A DNA stretch of 64,000 bases, taken from Planctomycetota bacterium (GTDB lineage Bacteria; Planctomycetota; UBA1135; UBA2386). The DNA lies in contig OZ245838.1 of assembly GCA_965228735.1 (NCBI GenBank), forward strand, positions 96,001 through 160,000, written 5' to 3'. This document shows positions 49,838 through 57,789 of this stretch, piece after piece; the first letter of the stretch is position 1, and each line of letters starts with the position of its first letter. The notes under the pieces were generated by a model. It saw only the letters and a program-made list of their open reading frames with translations. It had not been told where the DNA came from and ran no database searches. A program made the translations under genes and the position numbers.

Positions 49838-49899
49838 ATCGGGGCTCTGGGGACCCCCATGTAGATGGGGGCGTCTTTGGACCCCGATGTAGATCGGGG
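49827..49899. repeat. Three 18-bp palindromes with a GTAG loop
   Basis: CCCCGATGTAGATCGGGG (49827-49844, 49882-49899) and CCCCCATGTAGATGGGGG (49854-49871). Confidence 0.9.
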
Positions 49900-49931
49900 C
49901 TGTCGGGCGCCGATGTCGCCGGCGCCGCCGC

Positions 49932-50969
49932 CTACCGCGGCAGCGTGAAATCGATCTGCAGCGCGCCGTCGATCGCGCGGCGCGCCGTCGCCTGACCACC
50001 GTGCCCGAGCACGACGGTCTGCGTGAGGATCAACCCCAGACCGTGCCCGTGACCGCGCAGCAGGCGGCTCGGGTAGAACGGCTCGAACGTGTGCGGCAGG
50101 CGCCATTGCGCGAGCGCTTCGCCGCGCAGCACGACGCGCAGTGACACGGCACCGTTGCGATCGAACAGGTCGAGCTCGGTCTCGATGCCCGCGGCCGACA
50201 TCGCGTCGGCGAAGCGCAGCATCTCGGCGAACGCCGGCGCGAGCTGGTCCGTGTCGCCGCGCACGACGTGGGGGCCGGGTTCGATCGTGACGGTCGCGGG
50301 CGCTTCCGTGCGTTCGCCGCGCGCCGCGATCGCGGCCTGCACGAGCTCGGCGAGGTCGACCTCGTCGTGGCGGCGCGGGCCGTGCGCCGCGGTCGAGAGC
50401 AGCCGCAGGCGATTCAGCATGCGCTGGACGCGGTGCACGCCGTCGAGCGCCGCCCGGACCTGATCGCGCCGGTCGCTTTCGTGGTTGGGATCGAAGCCGG
50501 CGTGCAGCAGCTGCAGGTGACCCGAGACGTAGAGCAGCGGGTTGTTGATCTCGTCGGCCATGCCGTGCGCGAGATCGAGGAACACGTCGGTCCGCGGGCG
50601 GTTGCCGCCGAGCAGCGCCTGTTCGATCGTCGCGGCGAGCAGGCCCGGCTTGTCGGGGTAGACGAGCACGCGCGCGTCGAGCCGCTTGCTCACGGCGCTC
50701 GCCTCGATCTCGCCCGCGACGTCCGTGACGAGCACGATGCCGACGCGACCCCAGAGACTGCGCAGCAGCCGCAGCGCGCCGACGTCCTCGGCGGGCTCGT
50801 CCGAGAGGTGGACCACGAGCAGCTCGGGCTCGAACGTCGCGAGGCCTTCCGAGTCGGCGTGCACGGACCCGAAGGACTGGATCTCGGGGTTCAGCGGCAG
50901 GGACCGCAGATCCTTGATCAGCCGAGGATCGACGGGTCCGACCACCGCGATGCGAACGACGCGATCCAT
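49932..50969 (-). CDS. Atypical receiver + histidine kinase-like protein (pseudo-kinase; acceptor residues exchanged)
   Basis: REC-like N-terminus (RIAVV, PELLVVH, IVLVT); DHp GMADEINNPL; HATPase-like FEPFY and GLGL..HGG; ATG 50969. Confidence 0.75.
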   Translation of the reverse strand: MDRVVRIAVVGPVDPRLIKDLRSLPLNPEIQSFGSVHADSEGLATFEPELLVVHLSDEPAEDVGALRLLRSLWGRVGIVLVTDVAGEIEASAVSKRLDARVLVYPDKPGLLAATIEQALLGGNRPRTDVFLDLAHGMADEINNPLLYVSGHLQLLHAGFDPNHESDRRDQVRAALDGVHRVQRMLNRLRLLSTAAHGPRRHDEVDLAELVQAAIAARGERTEAPATVTIEPGPHVVRGDTDQLAPAFAEMLRFADAMSAAGIETELDLFDRNGAVSLRVVLRGEALAQWRLPHTFEPFYPSRLLRGHGHGLGLILTQTVVLGHGGQATARRAIDGALQIDFTLPR

Positions 50970-51128
50970 CGGCTGGGGTGAGGCAAGCGGAACGGCTCCG
51001 CAACTGCGAGCCGTCCGCAGCGTATCTCCTCCTAGATCCGGTGTCACCATATGTGCCGTCGAGGCGGGTTCGGGTCCACGAACACGCGGTGAGCGAACTC
51101 CAGCCGTTCCCTGCGCGAGGCCGATAGC

Positions 51129-51551
51129 ATGGCTGTGCCGGTCGGCGGGGACAATCCAAATGATGGCGACGATCCCGTCGATGACACCGGCGTTCCAGCG
51201 CCGAGCGGCACCACGCTGCGGCGCGTCGACGGCCCGCTCGAAGCCGGCGCGAGCCCGCCGGCCATCCAGCTGCTGCGCGAATACAAGGGGCTCACGCTCG
51301 CGGACCTCGAACGCGACGAGATCGTCGATCGCCTGCCCGGCCGCGTCCGCACCGCGTTGCACCACATCCGAGCCGGCGATCTGCAGGCCGCCGACGCGGC
51401 GCTGCCGGGGGAGTTCGCGGCCACTGGTAGCGTGTTGCCGGGGCCGGGCTCGACGGCCGCGACCCGCTCGCGCGCGCGGTTCGGGCTCGTGGTCTGGCTC
51501 ACCGTCACCGCCGTCATGCTCGCCGCCGTCCTCGCGTCGTATTGGTTTTGA
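51129..51551 (+). CDS. Hypothetical protein with C-terminal TM
   Basis: ORF with coding bias; hydrophobic C-terminus. Confidence 0.55.
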   Translation: MAVPVGGDNPNDGDDPVDDTGVPAPSGTTLRRVDGPLEAGASPPAIQLLREYKGLTLADLERDEIVDRLPGRVRTALHHIRAGDLQAADAALPGEFAATGSVLPGPGSTAATRSRARFGLVVWLTVTAVMLAAVLASYWF

Positions 51552-51600
51552 GTCGACGCTTGTGAAAGCGCGCGCACATGCCGTTCATTAACCCCGCCGG

Positions 51601-52611
51601 ATGGAAGCGCCCGCCGAGATCGACCGCTCGCAGAACGAGCCCGACCGCTGCCTCGTGCCGCAGCTCAGTGTCGTCGTGCCGATCTACAACGAACGCGACA
51701 ACGTCGGGCCGCTGCACGAGTCGCTGACGTTCGCGCTCTCGGCGATGGATCGGCCGTACGAGATCGTGCTCGTCGATGACGGCAGTGAGGACGGGACGCG
51801 TGACAAGCTGCGTTCGATCGCGGCGACCGATGCGCACGTGCGGCTCGTCATGTTCCGCCGCAACTACGGTCAGACGGCCGCGATGGCCGCGGGCTTCCGC
51901 GCGTGCCGCGGCCGCATCGTCGTGTCGATGGACGGCGACCTGCAGAACGACCCGGCCGACATCCACCGGCTCGTAGCCAAGCTCGAGGAGGGTTTCGACG
52001 TCGTCTGCGGCTGGCGCAAGAATCGCCAGGATCGCGTCTCGACGCGCCTGCTGCCGAGCCTCATCGCCAACTTCCTGATCGCGCGGGTCACGGGCGCGCA
52101 CATCCACGACACCGGGTGTTCGCTCAAGGCCTACCGCAGCTGGGTCGTTCGCAGCCTCACGCTCTACTCCGACATGCACCGCTTCCTCGCGGCGCTCGGT
52201 GCGGGCATCGGCGCGCGCATCACGGAGCTGCCCGTGCGGCACCATGCGCGCCGCGCGGGCGAATCGAAGTACGGCCTAGGCCGCGTCTTTCGCGTGCTCG
52301 CCGACCTGATCGGCATCAAGATGCTGATTCAGTTCGCGGCGCATCCGATCCGCTGGTTCTCGCTGCTCGCGCTGCCGCTGTTCCTGATCGGCGGCTTCAT
52401 GATGTTGCTCGGGTTCGTGCAGGTCCGGCGCGGCGAGTGGGATTTCTTCCACGAGGGCGGCTTCGACATGGCGGCGATCGGCGCCGGCGCAGTCGGTTTG
52501 CTCTTCGCGGGGAACGTGTTCATGCTCGGCTTCCTCGCCGAGCTGCAGATCCGGGTGTCGCGCTTCTTCAAGGCCCGCACGGCGGTCACCGCGAAGGAGG
52601 CCAGCCAGTGA
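51601..52611 (+). CDS. Glycosyltransferase family 2 (ArnC/GtrB/DPM-like polyprenyl-phosphate glycosyltransferase)
   Basis: VVVP.YNE, DDGS.D, NYGQ, MDGDLQNDP, D.GC..KAY, MHRF, G.SKYG; two C-terminal TMs. Confidence 0.93.
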   Translation: MEAPAEIDRSQNEPDRCLVPQLSVVVPIYNERDNVGPLHESLTFALSAMDRPYEIVLVDDGSEDGTRDKLRSIAATDAHVRLVMFRRNYGQTAAMAAGFRACRGRIVVSMDGDLQNDPADIHRLVAKLEEGFDVVCGWRKNRQDRVSTRLLPSLIANFLIARVTGAHIHDTGCSLKAYRSWVVRSLTLYSDMHRFLAALGAGIGARITELPVRHHARRAGESKYGLGRVFRVLADLIGIKMLIQFAAHPIRWFSLLALPLFLIGGFMMLLGFVQVRRGEWDFFHEGGFDMAAIGAGAVGLLFAGNVFMLGFLAELQIRVSRFFKARTAVTAKEASQ

Positions 52612-54911
52612 GCGAGCACGCGCCCGCTGCTGCGGCTCCGCGATCCGGTGAGGCCCAGTCGGACGTCTCCGTCGTCGTCGTCTTCACGAGCAGTGACGTC
52701 GACGCGCACCCGGCGTCGATCGTCGAGCAGATCGGCCGCGCGCTGACCGATGCCGGGCTGTCCCACGAATTCGTGTTCGTCCTCGACGGCCCGGGCGGCC
52801 GCATCGAGCGCGAACTGCACGAACTCACCCCGGGCATCCACGCCGATGGCCCGAGCAGCGAGCCCACGATCGAGATCGTGCAGCTGCAGGGCGGTGGGCT
52901 CGGTGAATCGATCGCGCTGTCCGCGGGCGTCGAGCGCGCGCGCGGCCGCTACATCCTCAATCTGCCGGCCTACCTGCAGATGGAGCCCGATGACACGAGC
53001 AAGGTGGTCGCGGCGCTCGACGCCGGCGCCGATTGCGTCGCGACGTGGCGCGTCGCGCGCGTCGACCCGTGGCTCAACCAGCTGCAGTCGCGACTCTTCA
53101 ACCTGGTCCTGCGGATCATCATGAAGACGTCGTTCCATGACCTCAACTCGGGCACGCGCGGGTTCCGCCGCCAGGTGCTCGACGAGGTCTCGGTCTACGG
53201 CGAGCTCTACCGCTTCCTGCCCGTGCTCGCCCAGCGCCAGGGCTTCCGCACGGTCGAGGTCAAGGTTCGCCACCGCGAGGAGAAAGGGCGCGCGGGCTTC
53301 TACGGCGTCGGCGTCTACCTGCGGCGCATCCTCGACATCGTCGCGATCACGTTCCTCGCGCGGTTCACGCAGCGCCCGCTGCGGTTCTTCGGCTACCTCG
53401 GGTTCACGGCCTTCGTGGTCGGCGGCCTGATGGCCGCGTGGCCGCTCTACGAGAAGATGTTCGGGAACGAGGGGCTCAGCGATCAGCCGCTGTTCGTCGT
53501 CGGCGCCATCCTCGCGGCGTTCGGCGTGCAGCTCATCGGCTTCGGTCTCATCGGCGAGATCATCATCTTCACGCAGGCGCCCAACCTGCGCGGCTACAAG
53601 GTCGAGGACGTCGTCGAAGGGCTCGCGGAGTCCGCGCCCAAGCACCACGACCTGCCGCTCGTCGCGGAGCCGCAGCCGGTGGCCGGGGGCGACGCGGGGG
53701 CGACGGGCAAGGCTGCCGCGACTGCGCCCGCGCCGGCAGTAGAACCCGAGACCGAACCCGAGACCGAATCCGAAGCCGACCCCGAACCGAACGGCGAACC
53801 GAAGCCGGGTGCGGAGGCCGGCCCCGACCGCAACGGCCACGCCGAGACGGCGATCGCAGCGCCGACCGAGGCCGACCCGCCGACCCGCGTGCGCGAGATC
53901 CTGCCGGGCGAGGACGCGCGCTGGGACGCGTTCGTGAGCCGACACCCGCAGGGCACGTTCTTCCATCTCACAGGTTGGTCGCGCGTCGTGCAGCAGACGT
54001 TTCGGCACGCATCGCACCACCTCGTCGTCGAACGCGGTCGCCAGTGGCTCGGCGTGCTGCCCCTGTTCGAGGCGAAGAGTCCGTTCCTCGGCCGCAACTT
54101 CGTCAGCACGCCGTACGCGGTCTACGGCGGGGTGCTCGCCGAGTCGGTGCCGGCGCAGGACGAGTTGCTGGCGCACGCCGCCGCGCTCGGACGCGAGCAC
54201 GCGGCGGGCTACGTCGAGCTCCGCCACCTCGAGGAGCGGCCGGGCGAACGTCCGACCTCGCCGCTCTACGTCACGTATCGGTGCGATCTGCCCGACGACC
54301 CGGCGGCCGTGCTGCCGTCGCTGCCGAAGAAGGCGCGCGCCGAGTGTCGCTACGCGATCAAGGCCGGCGTCGAGGTCCGCGATGACGGCACGGTCGACCA
54401 GCTCTACGAGTTGTTCTCGATCAACAAGCGCCGACTCGGTTCGCCGGCGCTGCCGCGCCGGTGGTTCCACGCGCTCGTCGAGGAGTTCGGCAAGGCGGTC
54501 GTCATCCACCGCGCCGTCGATGCCGCCGGCACGACGCTCGCGGCGGTCATGAGCTTCTGCTTCAAGGACACGGTCTACGCCTACTACTCGGGCGCGCTCG
54601 ACCGGGCCAACGACAAGGGCGTCAACAACCAGATCTACTGCGGCATCATGGAATGGGCCGCCGCCAAGGGTTACGCGCGGTTCGACTTCGGGCGCAGCCG
54701 TGCCGACTCCGGGCCGGCCCGCTTCAAGAAGCACATGGGCTTCGTCGCCGAGCCGCTGCACTACGAGTATCTGCTCGTGGGCGACGGCGCGAAGATCCCC
54801 GAGTTCCACCCCGGCAACCCGCGCCTCGCGCTGCCGCGGCGCCTGTGGTCGCGCCTGCCGATGTTCGTGACCAACCGACTCGGCGCTCGACTGTCGCGCT
54901 ACCTGCCGTAG
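52608..54911 (+). CDS. Fusion: degenerate GT2 + Pro/Glu linker + FemAB-related GNAT
   Basis: GT2-like N-half (ARGRYI, HDLNSG, LYRFLP.LA, 2 TMs); C-half WDAFV..HP..TFFH..GW, G.LPL, S.PY..YGG, ELR, YY.G, FDFGRS, FKK.MGF. Confidence 0.85.
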   Translation: MSEHAPAAAAPRSGEAQSDVSVVVVFTSSDVDAHPASIVEQIGRALTDAGLSHEFVFVLDGPGGRIERELHELTPGIHADGPSSEPTIEIVQLQGGGLGESIALSAGVERARGRYILNLPAYLQMEPDDTSKVVAALDAGADCVATWRVARVDPWLNQLQSRLFNLVLRIIMKTSFHDLNSGTRGFRRQVLDEVSVYGELYRFLPVLAQRQGFRTVEVKVRHREEKGRAGFYGVGVYLRRILDIVAITFLARFTQRPLRFFGYLGFTAFVVGGLMAAWPLYEKMFGNEGLSDQPLFVVGAILAAFGVQLIGFGLIGEIIIFTQAPNLRGYKVEDVVEGLAESAPKHHDLPLVAEPQPVAGGDAGATGKAAATAPAPAVEPETEPETESEADPEPNGEPKPGAEAGPDRNGHAETAIAAPTEADPPTRVREILPGEDARWDAFVSRHPQGTFFHLTGWSRVVQQTFRHASHHLVVERGRQWLGVLPLFEAKSPFLGRNFVSTPYAVYGGVLAESVPAQDELLAHAAALGREHAAGYVELRHLEERPGERPTSPLYVTYRCDLPDDPAAVLPSLPKKARAECRYAIKAGVEVRDDGTVDQLYELFSINKRRLGSPALPRRWFHALVEEFGKAVVIHRAVDAAGTTLAAVMSFCFKDTVYAYYSGALDRANDKGVNNQIYCGIMEWAAAKGYARFDFGRSRADSGPARFKKHMGFVAEPLHYEYLLVGDGAKIPEFHPGNPRLALPRRLWSRLPMFVTNRLGARLSRYLP

Positions 54912-54934
54912 CGTTTCGGGTCATCCGTCGGACC

Positions 54935-55174
54935 ATGGAACAAAAGAACGTCGAACACACGAAGTGGTCACCGGGCCTCATCGGCTTCTACTTGAGCTGC
55001 GCCGGCACGGCGATGGGCTCGACGATCGCCGCGTCCGGCTGGTTCTTCTTCGGCTCGCGCGGCGCGATCGTCTTCGGCGCGATCATGGCCGGCATCTCGA
55101 TGGTGACGTGCTACTACTCGCTGCGCGCGGCGCGGCGACCGCAGTCGTCCCCGGGCGCCGGCGATCAGGGCTGA
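54935..55174 (+). CDS. Small two-TM membrane protein
   Basis: ATG 54935; two hydrophobic segments. Confidence 0.6.
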   Translation: MEQKNVEHTKWSPGLIGFYLSCAGTAMGSTIAASGWFFFGSRGAIVFGAIMAGISMVTCYYSLRAARRPQSSPGAGDQG

Positions 55175-55743
55175 GCGAGATACCAGTCAGCGAGATACCA
55201 ATCCACGGCCGCTGCGAGGTCGTCGGCTTCGTGGTCGGGCGCGAACCCCGCATCCCGCAGCTTCGCCGACTCGGCCGCGAACGGTTTGCCCGAACGCACG
55301 TGCACCGTGCGGAGCGGCAGATCGCGTCCCATGAGAACGTCGCGCGCCGCGTCGCCGACGAGCAGGCCGTTCTCGAACGCCACACCGAGCACGTCGCGAG
55401 CGCGATGCAGCAGCCCGGGCTGCGGTTTGCGGCAGTCGCAGGGTCCACCCCACGGTCCGGCCTCGTCGGGATGGTGCGGGCAGTGCAGGTAGGCGAGCGG
55501 CAGGCGGTCGAGCTGGTCGTGCAGCACGGCGTGCATGTGGGCGAGGTCCCGCTCGTCGTAGAGCCCGCGCGCGATGCCGCTCTGGCTCGTCACGACGACG
55601 ATGCGACAGCCCGCGTCGTGCAGGCGATGCAGCGCGTCGCGCACGCCGGGGAGGACGACGAGCTGCTCCGGGTTCGTGACGAACCCCTGCTCCCGGTTGA
55701 TCGTGCCGTCGCGATCGAGGAACGCCGTCCGCCGCGCCGTCAC
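55165..55743 (-). CDS. gmhB: D-glycero-D-manno-heptose 1,7-bisphosphate phosphatase (HAD IIIA)
   Basis: FLDRDGTIN, QSGIARG, CPHHP...CDCRKP.PG, VGD...D. Confidence 0.85.
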   Translation of the reverse strand: MTARRTAFLDRDGTINREQGFVTNPEQLVVLPGVRDALHRLHDAGCRIVVVTSQSGIARGLYDERDLAHMHAVLHDQLDRLPLAYLHCPHHPDEAGPWGGPCDCRKPQPGLLHRARDVLGVAFENGLLVGDAARDVLMGRDLPLRTVHVRSGKPFAAESAKLRDAGFAPDHEADDLAAAVDWYLADWYLAQP

Positions 55744-56258
55744 TGCGAACTGCGGTCGTCGCCGTTCTCGACGTTCGGACTCCGAGGATCGAGGTTCCCG
55801 TTGCGTCGGGCCTCGAGCAGCTCGAAGCCGAGCAAGGGCTCGTCCTCACGATAGAGCTTGACGTGGAGCTCACCCGGGACGATCGCGCCGCGGACGCCGA
55901 ACGGGAAGAGGAAGTCGCCGAGCGTCCAGAAGATCGGCAGCGGCGGCATGCTCAGGTCCTGAGAGGCGCCGTCGATCCACTTGCTCGTGTAGCCCTCGGT
56001 GTGCTGGTAGATCCGGCGCTCGACGGGGCGGTAGCCGGCCTTCTCGAAGCGCACGTCGTGGTCGTTCCCGAAGTTGCCGCCGAGTCGCAGCTTGGCCGGC
56101 GTCGTGCGGCCGGTGTCGGTGCCGTCGACGAAGATCCGCGCTCCGAGCGGGTCACTCGTGAACAGCACGTCGTCCTGGCTCGAGAACCAGGTGCAGCCGG
56201 GGGCGGTCACGAGCAGCGCCAGGGCGAGCAGGAGTTGCAGCGGCGAGAGGCGACGCAT
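55740..56258 (-). CDS. PEGA domain lipoprotein
   Basis: Lipobox-like APG-C; SDP.GA.IFVDG...G.TTP; K.GY. Confidence 0.8.
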   Translation of the reverse strand: MRRLSPLQLLLALALLVTAPGCTWFSSQDDVLFTSDPLGARIFVDGTDTGRTTPAKLRLGGNFGNDHDVRFEKAGYRPVERRIYQHTEGYTSKWIDGASQDLSMPPLPIFWTLGDFLFPFGVRGAIVPGELHVKLYREDEPLLGFELLEARRNGNLDPRSPNVENGDDRSSQ

Positions 56259-56463
56259 GGCAGGCATGGTATCGGCAGCGATCCCCGGTGGGGCAGTGCC
56301 GATCCGGCCGAATCCCGCGCGGCCCCGGAGACGACCATCCAACCCGGAGTTGGTGCGGACCGGACAATCCGGTATCATCGGGCCGGTCTTACTGGGCTCC
56401 GACCAGCCGGTCAGCTGCCGGAGCCAGGCGTTTCGTGCCCCAACGCGGGGCCTTGGAGGTTCG

Positions 56464-57681
56464 ATGTTCGGTCGTTCGATGGTCTGCACTTCTTCGGTTG
56501 CCAGCGCTGCTGCTGGCGCCCTCGCCTTGCTCCTGTCCGGTTCGCTGGCGGCCCAAGATCCGGCCGGGACCGGACCGGCCGCGAATGGGCCGGCCGCGAC
56601 AGAACCGGCCGCGACAGAACCGGCTGCGACTGGCACGCCCGCGCCGGCCGGTGATGCGCCGCCGCGCTACGGCCGCATCCTCGCCGACGAGGCGCGCCTC
56701 TACTGCTGGCCGAGCGCCGTGCTCGCGCCGCCGCAGTTCGAGGACACGCTGCAGAAGGACCAGGTCGTGCAGCTCGGGCGCACCGAGGGCAAGTTCCTGC
56801 AGGTCATCCTGCCGCTCGGTCCGACGGGCTACGTGAGCAAGCGCTTCGCCGCCGCCGACGACGCGGGCGTCGTGCGGAGCAAGGGCAGCAAGGTCGCGTT
56901 CCGCTACCGCATGCGCACGACCGAGGCGCCCGTGACGCAGCTCGCGGACGGCACGGAGCTGTTCGTGATCGGCGAGGAAGAGGACTGGTGGCAGGTACGG
57001 CTGCCGAGCGTCGAGTCGTGGCTGCCGGCCGAGCAGGTCGCGGTCGCGGACGCGACGGATCCGGCCGTGACCAAGGCCTGGGCGGCGAGCAAGGCCGACT
57101 ACCGCGGCGCGATCTCGGCCCGGCTCGAGGCGATCGCCGCCCGGAAGGCCAAGGCCGCGCAGGACAAGGCCGACGCCGACGCCGTCGGGATGGTCGAGGA
57201 GGCGTTCCGCAAGGAGCTCGAGAAGCCCGAGGCCGATCGTCAGCTCGCGGGGCTCATGACGGCGCTCGACAAACTCGAGGGCACGTTGTCCGAAGAATCG
57301 AGCGCGGCGCCGCTCGTCGCGAGCCTGCGCAAGCGCATCCAGATGCAGCAGTGGATCGCCGAGGCGACCGTCGTCGCGAAGGAAGAACCGAAGCCGGCCG
57401 AGAACGTCGACGTTCGGGTGCAGCCCAAGGACGCGCTCGAGCGCTTCCAGTCGATCGGCTGGCTGCGCTACCAGAGCCGCCTCGGCGGCGTCGGCTACTT
57501 CTTCCTCGAGAAGGGCGGCGTGCGGCTGCACAACATCACGTGCTCGACGGGGCGCTACGACATGTCGCTGTTCGTCGACTGCGAGGTCGCGATCCAGGGG
57601 CCGGTGCGGCGCCCATCGACCGCGGCCTTCAGCGAGATGGACACCGAGCGCCTCGAAGTGCTCGGCCACAGCCGCCGCTGA
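56464..57681 (+). CDS. Exported SH3-domain protein (two SH3b-like domains, coiled coil, beta-rich C-terminus)
   Basis: Signal peptide; GYVSKRF and W.QV..P...W SH3b-like patterns. Confidence 0.7.
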   Translation: MFGRSMVCTSSVASAAAGALALLLSGSLAAQDPAGTGPAANGPAATEPAATEPAATGTPAPAGDAPPRYGRILADEARLYCWPSAVLAPPQFEDTLQKDQVVQLGRTEGKFLQVILPLGPTGYVSKRFAAADDAGVVRSKGSKVAFRYRMRTTEAPVTQLADGTELFVIGEEEDWWQVRLPSVESWLPAEQVAVADATDPAVTKAWAASKADYRGAISARLEAIAARKAKAAQDKADADAVGMVEEAFRKELEKPEADRQLAGLMTALDKLEGTLSEESSAAPLVASLRKRIQMQQWIAEATVVAKEEPKPAENVDVRVQPKDALERFQSIGWLRYQSRLGGVGYFFLEKGGVRLHNITCSTGRYDMSLFVDCEVAIQGPVRRPSTAAFSEMDTERLEVLGHSRR

Positions 57682-57789
57682 GTCGGCGCACCATCGAAAC
57701 GGGCGCCGCGCATCGCCCATGCCGTGGGGCGCTCTGCGCGCCCCCGGTTTCGGATCAGCGCGGCCGGTCGCGTTGCCGATCTGCAGAAC

